Below, piece by piece: positions 47,449 to 56,830 of a DNA stretch of 64,000 nucleotides. The position numbers and the translations under genes were made by a program. Position 1 is the first letter of the stretch; the number at the start of each line of letters is the position of its first letter. This stretch comes from a bacterium. Lineage in GTDB: Bacteria; Synergistota; GBS-1. The DNA is taken from assembly GCA_030153785.1 (NCBI GenBank), contig JASKLF010000007.1, positions 1 to 64,000 of the forward strand, written 5' to 3'. The notes under the pieces are model-generated. The model saw nothing but the letters and a program-made list of their open reading frames with translations. It was not told the DNA's origin and did no database searches.

Positions 47449-49517
47449 AGCACAATAACCACATAACCCAAGAAGCAAAAACATACCTACATGAACATCA
47501 CAGACGGGATATGGAACTTCATGAAAAACATTCGAAGGAGGAAAACACACATACCCACCATAAACACTCCCACGAAGAACACCATAAAATGATGATGGAA
47601 GATTTTAAGAAAAGACTAATAGTATCAGCTATTCTAACCGTCCCAATCCTCCTTTTGTCCCCCCTTATCCAACGACTTTTTAATTTTACTTTTGCTTTTC
47701 GGGGAGACAAATATCTACTTTTTGCCCTTTCAGCCAGCGTATACTTCTATGGTGGATGGCCTTTTCTTAACGGATTGGTAAAGGAATTTAAAAGGAAAAA
47801 CCCTGGAATGATGACATTGATAGCTCTTGCGATAACCACGGCCTTCTTTTATAGCACAGCAGTTACCTTTGGGCTAACCGGTAAAACTTTTTACTGGGAA
47901 TTAGCGACGCTTATCGATATAATGCTTCTCGGTCATTATATAGAAATGCGCTCCCTCCTTGGTGCATCAAGAGCGTTAGAAGAGCTTATAAAACTCATGC
48001 CTACAGAAGCACATCTCATAACACCAGAGGGAATTAAAGATATCCCTGTCAGCGAACTAAAAAAGGGAGACATCGTGCTTGTTAAACCGGGTGAGAAAAT
48101 GCCCTCCGATGGCACAATAATTGAGGGAGAAACCAGTATAAATGAAGCCATGTTAACAGGGGAATCCAAACCGATTTACAAAAAACCAGGTGATAAAGTT
48201 ATAGGTGGCTCAATAAACCTTGAGGGAGCAATCAAGGTAAGAATAGAAAAAACAGGTAAAGAAACATATCTAATGCAAGTAATAGAACTGGTTAAACAGG
48301 CCCAGGAAACGAAGTCAAAAACGCAGAACTTAGCAAACAGGGCCGCATTCTGGCTAACCTTAATCGCGATTGGTGTTGGCGCTCTAACGCTTGGAACATG
48401 GCTGTCCTTTGGGAAAACCTTTGTTTTCGCTCTTGAAAGAATGGTCACTGTAATGGTAATCACATGCCCTCATGCACTTGGTTTAGCCGTTCCTCTCGTC
48501 GTAGCAGTATCAACTGCCATTTCCGCAAAGAAGGGAATACTAATAAGAAATAGAGAAGCCTTTGAAAAGGCAAAAGACCTTCAAGTTATAGTATTCGATA
48601 AAACTGGAACCCTTACGGAGGGCAAATTCGAAGTAAGCGACATAATACCCCTTGCTGACCTAAGCGAAAAAGAAATTTTAAAATACGCCGCAAGCTTAGA
48701 AAGCAAATCTACCCATCCAATAGCCCAAGGGATAGTCGAAAAAGCCAAAGAAAGAGGCATCGAACTCCTCGAAATAGGGGAATCCAAAATCCTACCCGGC
48801 AAAGGCATTCAAGGAGCGCTTGAGGGAAAAGAAATTTTGCTTGTAAGTCCTGTTTTTCTTAAAGAAAACGATATTAACTTAGAAAACGAACGTGTTGATA
48901 AAGTTCTTCAGGAAGGGAAAACCGCCGTCTTCTTGGTAATAGACAAGAAACCCATCGGTATGATAGCATTAGTAGACAGAATAAGATCTGAATCTAAAGA
49001 GGCTATAAAGAAGTTACAGGACATGGGGATTAAAACATATATGCTTACGGGAGACAACGCAAGAGTGGCAAAATGGGTGGCTGACGAACTAAAGCTCGAT
49101 GGCTTTTTCGCAGAAGTGCTTCCACATGAAAAAGCCGAAAAAATTCAACAGCTTCAAAAAGAAGGCTTTACGGTGGCAATGGTAGGAGATGGAATAAATG
49201 ATGCACCAGCATTGATACAAGCAGATGTAGGCATTGCCATAGGCGCAGGAACAGATGTCGCCATAGAAAGCGCAGATATCGTGCTTGTTAAAAACGATCC
49301 AAGAGATGTTATTATGGCAATAGATTTAGCAAAAGCAACTTACAAAAAAATGGTACAAAACCTTGCCTGGGCAACAGGATACAATGCGTTCGCAATTCCA
49401 TTGGCAGCGGGAACCTTTTACTCCTATGGTATATTGCTAAGCCCCGCAATAGGTGCTATTCTGATGAGCTTAAGCACCGTGATAGTAGCAATAAATGCGA
49501 AACTGCTTAAGGCCTGA
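47445..49517 (+). CDS. copB: P1B-3 heavy-metal (copper) translocating P-type ATPase
   Basis: His-rich N-terminus, TGES, CPH in the TM helix, DKTGTLT, GDGINDAP, YN and MSLST. Confidence 0.92.
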   Translation: MKHNNHITQEAKTYLHEHHRRDMELHEKHSKEENTHTHHKHSHEEHHKMMMEDFKKRLIVSAILTVPILLLSPLIQRLFNFTFAFRGDKYLLFALSASVYFYGGWPFLNGLVKEFKRKNPGMMTLIALAITTAFFYSTAVTFGLTGKTFYWELATLIDIMLLGHYIEMRSLLGASRALEELIKLMPTEAHLITPEGIKDIPVSELKKGDIVLVKPGEKMPSDGTIIEGETSINEAMLTGESKPIYKKPGDKVIGGSINLEGAIKVRIEKTGKETYLMQVIELVKQAQETKSKTQNLANRAAFWLTLIAIGVGALTLGTWLSFGKTFVFALERMVTVMVITCPHALGLAVPLVVAVSTAISAKKGILIRNREAFEKAKDLQVIVFDKTGTLTEGKFEVSDIIPLADLSEKEILKYAASLESKSTHPIAQGIVEKAKERGIELLEIGESKILPGKGIQGALEGKEILLVSPVFLKENDINLENERVDKVLQEGKTAVFLVIDKKPIGMIALVDRIRSESKEAIKKLQDMGIKTYMLTGDNARVAKWVADELKLDGFFAEVLPHEKAEKIQQLQKEGFTVAMVGDGINDAPALIQADVGIAIGAGTDVAIESADIVLVKNDPRDVIMAIDLAKATYKKMVQNLAWATGYNAFAIPLAAGTFYSYGILLSPAIGAILMSLSTVIVAINAKLLKA

Positions 49518-49529
49518 TATGAAAGGAGG

Positions 49530-49787
49530 GTGAACAAAATCTGCTGGTTTGATTGGGTAGGATCTGGATGGTTTAGATGGGGAGGATGGTTCGGTATGTT
49601 TATGATGATAATATTTTTAATCCTAATAGTAATGGGCATATTATGGTTTTTCAGGTTTGGGGAAATAGCAATCAGAAAAACCACCAAATCCAAGGCATTA
49701 GAAACGTTAGCAGAAAGATATGCAAAAGGCGAAATAGATGACGAAGAGTATGAAAGAAGAAAGAAAAAAATCCTTGAAGATATATAA
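49530..49787 (+). CDS. SHOCT-domain membrane protein
   Basis: W/G/M-rich TM segment, C-terminal ALETLAERYAKGEIDDEEYERRK. Confidence 0.8.
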   Translation: MNKICWFDWVGSGWFRWGGWFGMFMMIIFLILIVMGILWFFRFGEIAIRKTTKSKALETLAERYAKGEIDDEEYERRKKKILEDI

Positions 49788-50008
49788 AACATCCACAACC
49801 TCTGGTGTGTTCTAAAAATCAATAATTCGCTTCTCCTCTTGGCGGTATGAGGACCATCGAACATGAAGAAAACAAGAAGAGCGAAGCTCCCGGAGTACAC
49901 CCTGGCTTTGCTATCCTCTTTCTTGTGAGAAGACGTTTTTCAAGAAAAAGGTTATATCTCATCCCTTGAAAAAAAGAGAACCTTTTTTCGAACACCCTCC
50001 ACAACCTC

Positions 50009-50037
50009 TTGACTTGTGCGGAAACAGGGTATAAAAT
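50009..50037 (+). promoter_or_regulatory. Promoter of tRNA-Pro
   Basis: TTGACT-17 bp-TAAAAT. Confidence 0.75.
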
Positions 50038-50050
50038 TTAAGAGTGAGGT

Positions 50051-50129
50051 CGGGGCGTGGCGCAGCCTGGTTTAGCGCACCTGCATGGGGCGCAGGGGGT
50101 CGGAGGTTCAAATCCTCTCGTCCCGACCA
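50051..50129 (+). tRNA. tRNA-Pro (anticodon GGG)
   Basis: Cloverleaf: CGGGGCG/CGTCCCG acceptor stem, CCTGC-ATGGGGC-GCAGG anticodon arm, GGTTCAAATCC T-arm, encoded CCA. Confidence 0.96.
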
Positions 50130-50144
50130 TTCAATTTAAAAACG

Positions 50145-50170
50145 AAAGGCCGGTTTAACCGGTCTTTTTT
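50145..50170 (+). terminator. Terminator after the tRNA
   Basis: AAAGGCCGGT-TTA-ACCGGTCTTT stem running into a T-tract. Confidence 0.7.
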
Positions 50171-50183
50171 ATTTAGGAGAGCC

Positions 50184-51065
50184 ATGAGATATTTAACCCT
50201 GAAGCAAATGAAAGCTTTAGCTCACAAAGTTAAATTCAGATTCAGCAAGTCTAAAGGACAAAGCTTCCTTTATGACCCCCAGCTTCTTGACAAAATATGT
50301 AGGACAGCCAACCTCAGCAAAAATTCCTTCGTATTGGAAATAGGCTCAGGAATGGGAAACCTCTCTCTTCTGCTATCTCAATACGCTGCAAAAGTCGTCG
50401 GCGTTGAGGTAGATGAAAAGCTCTGTAAAGTTTTAGATGAAGTGCTGTGGAATCAACCAAACTTTTTCCTTATAGAAGGTGACATCCTCAAGGTAGATTT
50501 GTCCTTTTTAGAAAGGGAAAAGAAAAAATACGAAGTCAAAGTGGTGGCAAATCTCCCTTATCGAATTGCAACGGAAATAATACTCTACCTTCTTGAAAAA
50601 GGCCAGGGACTTATTGACGAGCTATACCTTATGCTCCAAAAAGAGGTAGCTGAAAGAATTGCTTCTCCACCAAGGAGAAAAACCCGAGGAGCCTTAAGCG
50701 TAATAGTTCAATATTATGCGGACGTTCAGATTCTCTTCGATGTTCCCCCACGAGTTTTCTATCCTCAACCCAAGGTAACATCTTCCTTTCTAAAACTCCT
50801 TCCTTACAAGAGCCCGCGTGAAAAATGGAAAGTTGAAGATGAAGATTTGTTTTTCAGGATAGTTAAAGAAGGTTTTAAAAGAAAAAGAAAAACTCTGTTA
50901 AACAATCTTAAAGGCCTATTTGATGAAGAGGCGATAAAAGAAGCACTGAAAGAGCTTTCCCTCCCTGAAACGGTTAGAGCCGAGGAGTTATCGTTAGAAG
51001 AATGGGCCATACTTTCAAATAAACTAAAACGGGGTGGTGAGGAAAATGAGCGGCCCCAGGTATAA
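50184..51065 (+). CDS. rsmA: 16S rRNA m6,2A1518/1519 dimethyltransferase
   Basis: GQSFL, VLEIGSGMG, VANLPY, MLQKEVAERI, RAEEL. Start ATG 50184 behind AGGAG. Confidence 0.93.
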   Translation: MRYLTLKQMKALAHKVKFRFSKSKGQSFLYDPQLLDKICRTANLSKNSFVLEIGSGMGNLSLLLSQYAAKVVGVEVDEKLCKVLDEVLWNQPNFFLIEGDILKVDLSFLEREKKKYEVKVVANLPYRIATEIILYLLEKGQGLIDELYLMLQKEVAERIASPPRRKTRGALSVIVQYYADVQILFDVPPRVFYPQPKVTSSFLKLLPYKSPREKWKVEDEDLFFRIVKEGFKRKRKTLLNNLKGLFDEEAIKEALKELSLPETVRAEELSLEEWAILSNKLKRGGEENERPQV

Positions 51066-52083
51066 GGTAGTTATAACGGACTATGACTACCCGGACTTAA
51101 GCATAGAAACGCCCATCTTAGAAGAAATTGGAGCTCAGGTCGTAGGAGCTCAGTGTAAAACTGAAGAAGAGCTTATCGAGGTGGCCCACGACGCACATGG
51201 CATACTCGTTGAATATGCGAAGGTCAGCGAAAAGGTTATATCCAACATGAAAAACTGCATCATAATAGCAAGATACGGCGTTGGAGTCGACATCGTGGAC
51301 GTGAAGGCAGCCACTGAAAATGGCATCATAGTTACAAACGTTCCAGAATATTGCGTCTCTGAAGTGGCAGACCATGCAGTAGCTATGTTTCTAACAATGG
51401 CAAGACGAATAAGAGAGTACGACAGCGCAGTTAGAGAAGGAAGGTGGCACTGGGAGGCATGCGGATACAAAATTCACAGAATTGCTGGGATGACGGCAGG
51501 AATTATAGGATACGGAAAGATAGGAAAAGCCATAGCCCACAGATTAAAGCCCTTCGGACTTAATATTTTAGTTTACGACCCTTATGCTGAAAAGGGAAAG
51601 ATAGAAAATGAAGGGTGTAAACCGGTTCCCTTTGAAGAGCTATTGAAGAACGCCGATGTAATATTTATACAAGCTCCTCTAACGGAGGAAACGAGAGGAA
51701 TGTTCGATAGAGAAACCTTTTCTATGATGAAGGATGGTGCGTTTATCGTTAATACCGCACGAGGACCTATAATAAAAAATGATGCCCTATATGAAGCGTT
51801 AGCTTCAGGAAAGCTTGGAGGCGCAGCCTTAGATGACCTTGAGGAAGAACCTGCCAAGCAAAAAAATTGGAAACCCACTAATCCAATATTTAAATTCGGT
51901 AACATAGTAATTACCCCTCACTCCGCGTATTACTCCGAGGAGTCCTTAATCGAGGCAAGAACAACGGCAGCAACTGAGGTCGCAAGAGCGCTAAGCGGAG
52001 TTCTCCCCCAGAATATAGTAAACAAAGAAGTGCTAAAGAAGCCTAACCTTAGATTCAGGCAAAAGAAAGGTGACCTCCAATGA
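51046..52083 (+). CDS. D-isomer-specific 2-hydroxyacid dehydrogenase (CtBP-like)
   Basis: RYGVGVD, NVPEYC, GYGKIG, VNTARG, TPHSAYYS. Confidence 0.9.
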   Translation: MSGPRYKVVITDYDYPDLSIETPILEEIGAQVVGAQCKTEEELIEVAHDAHGILVEYAKVSEKVISNMKNCIIIARYGVGVDIVDVKAATENGIIVTNVPEYCVSEVADHAVAMFLTMARRIREYDSAVREGRWHWEACGYKIHRIAGMTAGIIGYGKIGKAIAHRLKPFGLNILVYDPYAEKGKIENEGCKPVPFEELLKNADVIFIQAPLTEETRGMFDRETFSMMKDGAFIVNTARGPIIKNDALYEALASGKLGGAALDDLEEEPAKQKNWKPTNPIFKFGNIVITPHSAYYSEESLIEARTTAATEVARALSGVLPQNIVNKEVLKKPNLRFRQKKGDLQ

Positions 52084-53090
52084 GGTTTGAAAAGATGTTA
52101 TATGTTGTAGATTCTCATACAATGGGAGAACCAACACGAGTGGTAATAGGAGGAATCCCTTTTATCCCAGGAAATACAATGGCCGAGAAGAAAGAGCTTT
52201 TGGAAAGGAACATGGACCATATAAGGAAAAGCCTAATGCACGAACCCAGGGGACATAAAGATATGTTCGGCTCCATAATCACAAGCCCGGTAACCCCTGA
52301 AGGAGATCTCGGAGTAATATTTATGGATTGTAACGGATATCTAAATATGTGCGTTCATGGTTCAATCGGCACGGTAACAGTAGCCATTGAAACAGGCATA
52401 ATAAAAGCAAATGAACCGGTAACCTGTTTAAAAATAGATACCCCCGCAGGCCTCATAGAAGCCAGAGCTGAGGTTAAAAATAATACGGTGCAATCGGTAA
52501 CGATAAGAAACGTTCCCTCGTTCCTATATAAGCCCGACGTGGAGATAGAAATAGCCCATATAGGCAAAGTGAAAGTCGATATCGCCTTTGGAGGAAGCTT
52601 CTTCGCAATAGTAGATGCAAAACAGTTAGGCGTCAAGATAACACCCCATAACGTTGAAAAGCTCATCAAGATAGGAATGGCCATTAAGGAAACCGTTAAC
52701 GAGCGTGTAAAAGCCCAGCATCCTGAAAGGGAACACATAAAAACCATAGACCTTGTAGAGATCTATGACGAAACCGATAATCCTAATGCCGATCTTAAGA
52801 ACGTGGTCATATTCGGGAAAGGTCAAATAGATAGGTCTCCCTGCGGAACCGGTACAAGCGCTAAAATGGCTACACTCTATGCAAAGGGAAAGCTCAAACT
52901 CCATCAACCCTTTTACTATGAAAGCATCATTGGCACAATCTTCAAAGGCGAATTGGTAGGGGAAACCAGGGTGGGACCTTACAATGCCGTTATACCGGAA
53001 ATAACAGGAAAGGCTTTCATTACAGGGTTTAATCAAATAGTAATAAATCCAGAGGACCCCATGAAATATGGGTTTCTGCTTGATTATTAA
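52080..53090 (+). CDS. Proline racemase / hydroxyproline 2-epimerase
   Basis: HTMGEPTR, EPRGH-x-DMFG, MCVH and DRSPCGTGTSA (both catalytic Cys present). F in DMFG and V in NVVIFG are racemase-type residues. Confidence 0.88.
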   Translation: MRFEKMLYVVDSHTMGEPTRVVIGGIPFIPGNTMAEKKELLERNMDHIRKSLMHEPRGHKDMFGSIITSPVTPEGDLGVIFMDCNGYLNMCVHGSIGTVTVAIETGIIKANEPVTCLKIDTPAGLIEARAEVKNNTVQSVTIRNVPSFLYKPDVEIEIAHIGKVKVDIAFGGSFFAIVDAKQLGVKITPHNVEKLIKIGMAIKETVNERVKAQHPEREHIKTIDLVEIYDETDNPNADLKNVVIFGKGQIDRSPCGTGTSAKMATLYAKGKLKLHQPFYYESIIGTIFKGELVGETRVGPYNAVIPEITGKAFITGFNQIVINPEDPMKYGFLLDY

Positions 53091-53114
53091 ACCATACAAG
53101 AGAGGGTGGTTTAA

Positions 53115-53810
53115 ATGTGCGAGGAAAAGAAAAGCCTTCCCAAGATTTTCCCCCACGCCGAGGTTGACTGGGAAGTGGTAAAAGGTTTCGAGAAGCTCCT
53201 TCCCACCTATAGCATAAGCTGTGTCGTAGCAGATGCGCAAGAAAGAAGCGGAGTAATGCACTCCCAGATAAAGCTCATAGATCGCTCTAAAAAATTTGTA
53301 GGACCCGCATTGACGGTAAAACTATATCCTGGAGACCTCGTAGACCCTCTTTACGCCCTTTCCGTAGCTCAAGCTGGAGATGTCATAGTAGTAGACGCTC
53401 GAGGCGAAACCGAAACATCGGTATGGGGAGGACTCATGGCAAACTTATGCATGCAAAAGGGAATTGTAGGCGCAGTCGTAGATGGCTCTATCAGAGATAC
53501 CGATGAGATAAGGGATTTAGGCTTTCCCATCGCTTCTCGAGGAATCACTCCAAGATCAACCCATTCACCTTACTCCGGTAGGCTCGATAGCTTAGAAATC
53601 AATGTGCCTATATCGTGCGGAGGCGTTATAGTTAACCCCGGTGACATAATCATAGCCGATGAAATAGGAGTAACCGTGGTGCCCAAGGAAAAGGCGAAAG
53701 AGGTTCTACTAAAGGCACAGAAACTTGCAGAGCAAGAGGAGCTAACCCGAAAAAGGATTAAGGAAGGCAAAAGCTTAGAGGATCTCCTTGAAGAGTTTGG
53801 GAGGCTTTAA
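53115..53810 (+). CDS. RraA-family protein (HMG/CHA-type class II aldolase)
   Basis: GPALTV, WGGLMA, DGSIRD (catalytic RD), PGDIIIADEIGV. Confidence 0.85.
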   Translation: MCEEKKSLPKIFPHAEVDWEVVKGFEKLLPTYSISCVVADAQERSGVMHSQIKLIDRSKKFVGPALTVKLYPGDLVDPLYALSVAQAGDVIVVDARGETETSVWGGLMANLCMQKGIVGAVVDGSIRDTDEIRDLGFPIASRGITPRSTHSPYSGRLDSLEINVPISCGGVIVNPGDIIIADEIGVTVVPKEKAKEVLLKAQKLAEQEELTRKRIKEGKSLEDLLEEFGRL

Positions 53811-53815
53811 ATCCA

Positions 53816-55114
53816 ATGATAATAAGCGTTCCATATGGACACGGTTTTATCAGCGCAGATGTCCCTATCAAGAACTTGATGGGGATATATGAAGCACCAG
53901 GGGTAAAGCCAGCAAAGGACCCGACTTCTGAAATAATAAATGCCCTTGAAAACCCTATTGGAAGCCCTCCCCTATCACACATAGTTAAACCAGATAGAAA
54001 GGTATGCATAGTCGTAAGCGATATAACCAGACCCATTCCTTACAAAGAGGTGCTTCCCGTTCTTCTTGAATATCTAAACAGGTGTGGGGTAAAAGACGAG
54101 GATATAACCATATTAATAGCAACAGGGTTACACCGAGGTTTAACACCTCAAGAACAAAGAGACCTTTACGGAGAAGAAATCGTTGAAAGAGTGAAAGTGG
54201 TGAACCATGACTACAAAGATAGCTCAAATCTCATTAGGATAGGAAAAACGAGCAGAGGAACACCTATAGAGGTTAACAGAATCGCAGTAGAAACAGATAC
54301 CCTCATACTAACCGGATATATAGAACCACATCAACAGTTTGGCTTTACAGGTGGAAGAAAAAGCATTATGCCAGGTTTAGCAAGCGAAAGAGCCGTTATG
54401 CATAACCACAACGCAAAGATGATGGACCACCCTTCCGCGGTAAACGGTGTGTTGGAAGGTAATCCCCAACATGAGGACGCCATGGAGTTTGCAAAAGCCA
54501 TCAAAGTTGATTTTATATTGAACGTTGTCCTAAACCAAGACGAAAAGCTTGCCTGGGCTGTTGGAGGAGACTTAGAAAAGGCTTGGCTTAAAGGTGTTAA
54601 GCTTTCCCAAAGTTTCAGAGAAGTCGAGCTTCCCTACCCCTGTGATATAGCCATAACTGCAACTGGTCACCCCTTAGACAGGGTGCTTTATCAGGGACCG
54701 AAGATAACCTCTGCAGTTTTCAGAACGAAGGACAGGATAATAAAAGATGGAGGAACCATAATTTTACCTATGGAATTAACAGAAGGCGTTGGACATCATG
54801 TTGAGTTTTACGAACTAATGTCCATAGGGAAACCCGAAGCCGTCATTGAAAAATGTTACTCCTCTCCCATCAAAGATCAATGGGGAGCCCAGATATGGGT
54901 AAGAACTTTAGAAAAGACTAAAATAATAATAGTAACGCATAATATGGAACCTTCGTTAATTGAAAAGATGGGAATAGAGCACGCTTACAATCTACAAGAA
55001 GCCATAGATAGGGCAATCTCTCGCCACGGGCAAGACTGTAAGGTAGCCGTTTTTCCAAGAGCTACAACGGTGCTACCCAAATTAACGGAAAGTCAAAGGA
55101 GAAGGAAAACATGA
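53816..55114 (+). CDS. LarA-superfamily nickel-pincer-dependent 2-hydroxyacid racemase/epimerase
   Basis: SDITRP, ATGLHR, NHD, EPH-x-x-x-GFTGGRKSIMPG, HNH. Confidence 0.88.
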   Translation: MIISVPYGHGFISADVPIKNLMGIYEAPGVKPAKDPTSEIINALENPIGSPPLSHIVKPDRKVCIVVSDITRPIPYKEVLPVLLEYLNRCGVKDEDITILIATGLHRGLTPQEQRDLYGEEIVERVKVVNHDYKDSSNLIRIGKTSRGTPIEVNRIAVETDTLILTGYIEPHQQFGFTGGRKSIMPGLASERAVMHNHNAKMMDHPSAVNGVLEGNPQHEDAMEFAKAIKVDFILNVVLNQDEKLAWAVGGDLEKAWLKGVKLSQSFREVELPYPCDIAITATGHPLDRVLYQGPKITSAVFRTKDRIIKDGGTIILPMELTEGVGHHVEFYELMSIGKPEAVIEKCYSSPIKDQWGAQIWVRTLEKTKIIIVTHNMEPSLIEKMGIEHAYNLQEAIDRAISRHGQDCKVAVFPRATTVLPKLTESQRRRKT

Positions 55115-56151
55115 AAAAGGGATTTCTAATCTGCATAGATGGAGGAACAACCAATACAAGGGTTAGATTAATAAGATTGAGTGACTTTTCAATAGTAGCC
55201 AAAACTGCTGAAAGCATAGGGGCAAAGGATACCAAGTTAAAAGGAAGAGAGGCCTTGGAGGAAGCCTTAAGCACAGCTATCCAAAGAATCTTTAGGGAAA
55301 ACCAAATATCGAAAGAAGAGATAGCGGGAGTTACCGCTTCAGGAATGATAACATCGGAAGCCGGCCTTCTTGAAGTTCCTCATGTTATTGCGCCAGCAGG
55401 CATTGATGAAATAGCCTCAGGGGTGATTGAAGAGACTTTCGAAAAAATATGGCCTGACCCCATCTTATTCATTCCCGGTGTAAAGACGTTATCAAATAAA
55501 GAAACCCCATCACTTATTGAACGCATAAACTCACAAGATATAATGAGGGGCGAAGAATGTGAAAGCTTAGGAATTATAAAGCTTGAAAAGATAAGCGGAC
55601 CAGGGATCATCCTTCTCCCAGGCTCCCATACCAAGTTTGTATTCATAAACGAAGAAAACCGCATAGAAGGTTCCCTAACCACTTTGGCGGGAGAGCTTGC
55701 AAACGCAGTAATCTCATCAACACTAATAGGAAGATCCGTCGAGGATTTAGACCTCCCTCTAATTGAAGAAAAATACCTTTTAGAGGGCTTCAAAATGGCG
55801 CAAAAATACGGGCTAACAAGAAGCCTTTTTACAATAAGACTGCTTCATATAATGGGCGAAGGCACACCCTTACAGAGAAAGTGCTTTCTTTGGGGAGCTA
55901 TTGTAGGCACGGACATAATGGCCTTTGAGGAAAGTGAAAATTTGAAGAAAATGGCTAAATCCGGCGAAATAGTGAATCTGTTTGTGGGAGGGAAAAGCCC
56001 ATTAAAGGAGATATTCGGCACCCTGATCGATGTCTGGGCTCAAGAAAAATTCCCTAAGATCCGGGTAAAGATTCTCTCATCCGAAACTACCGAAAGATCA
56101 TCAGCCGTGGGGGCAAGCTTAGTGGCCTTAAAGAGGATAAAACTAAATTAA
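55111..56151 (+). CDS. 2-dehydro-3-deoxygalactonokinase family kinase (DgoK-like)
   Basis: IDGGTTNTR, SGMITS, DIMRGEE, LPGSHTKF, GEL. Confidence 0.82.
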   Translation: MKKGFLICIDGGTTNTRVRLIRLSDFSIVAKTAESIGAKDTKLKGREALEEALSTAIQRIFRENQISKEEIAGVTASGMITSEAGLLEVPHVIAPAGIDEIASGVIEETFEKIWPDPILFIPGVKTLSNKETPSLIERINSQDIMRGEECESLGIIKLEKISGPGIILLPGSHTKFVFINEENRIEGSLTTLAGELANAVISSTLIGRSVEDLDLPLIEEKYLLEGFKMAQKYGLTRSLFTIRLLHIMGEGTPLQRKCFLWGAIVGTDIMAFEESENLKKMAKSGEIVNLFVGGKSPLKEIFGTLIDVWAQEKFPKIRVKILSSETTERSSAVGASLVALKRIKLN

Positions 56152-56808
56152 ACCTTCCTCAAACCTCTTAAAGAGAATCTTTAAAATGTTATTTATGTGC
56201 TCCTCTACCCTTCTTTCTGCAAGGGGAACATCCCTTTTCTTAATAGCTTCATAGATGCTTAAGTGTTCCTCATAAGACTCCTTAATCCTGCCGGGATAGG
56301 ATATAGAAAGAATTCTAACTCTTGCAAGCTTTTCGCTCAGGGAATCCATTACACGCCGTAACTCTTCATTACCAGAACCCCTGACTATCATCTCATGAAA
56401 CCATGAATTAAACTTACTCATCTCCTCTACGCTGGAGCTATTCAAGGCGATCCCCATCTCCCTCACCTTTTCCTCAAGAGAGCTTATATATTCTTCATAC
56501 CCCCTTTCTATGAAAAGGCGAACGGCAAGTCTCTCCAAGTAAGCCCTTAAAGAGAGAAGGTCCTCTATCTCCTTTTTGCTCCACTTCTTCACCAAGAAGC
56601 CCCGATGAGGTTCGACGACCAAAAGTCCTTGAGCCGCTAAATAGTGCAGAGCTTCCCTTACAGGGGTAACACTAACCCCCAGCTCCTTAGCGAGGCTGTC
56701 AATAACTACCCTCTGTCCAGGCATATACCGACCAGTTACTATATATCCTTTTACCTTCTCTAAGACCTCATCCCTCAGCGACTTTCTTTCTATCACCAGT
56801 GAAACCAC
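56143..56808 (-). CDS. GntR-family (FCD domain) transcriptional regulator
   Basis: LAKELGVSVTPVREAL, FHEMI, EEH. True start may be GTG 56796. Confidence 0.92.
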   Translation of the reverse strand: MVSLVIERKSLRDEVLEKVKGYIVTGRYMPGQRVVIDSLAKELGVSVTPVREALHYLAAQGLLVVEPHRGFLVKKWSKKEIEDLLSLRAYLERLAVRLFIERGYEEYISSLEEKVREMGIALNSSSVEEMSKFNSWFHEMIVRGSGNEELRRVMDSLSEKLARVRILSISYPGRIKESYEEHLSIYEAIKKRDVPLAERRVEEHINNILKILFKRFEEGLI

Positions 56809-56830
56809 CGCCTCGCTTTTTAAAGGATAA

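Noticed and set aside
49790..50004. Short ORFs in the SHOCT-tRNA intergenic region (49819-50004 minus, and 21-40 aa plus-strand ORFs)
   Set aside because: No recognisable motif, weak or absent SD, and no supporting context.
50085..50183. N-terminal extension of the rsmA ORF in the ORF track
   Set aside because: It overlaps the tRNA and its terminator; ATG 50184 has a proper SD.
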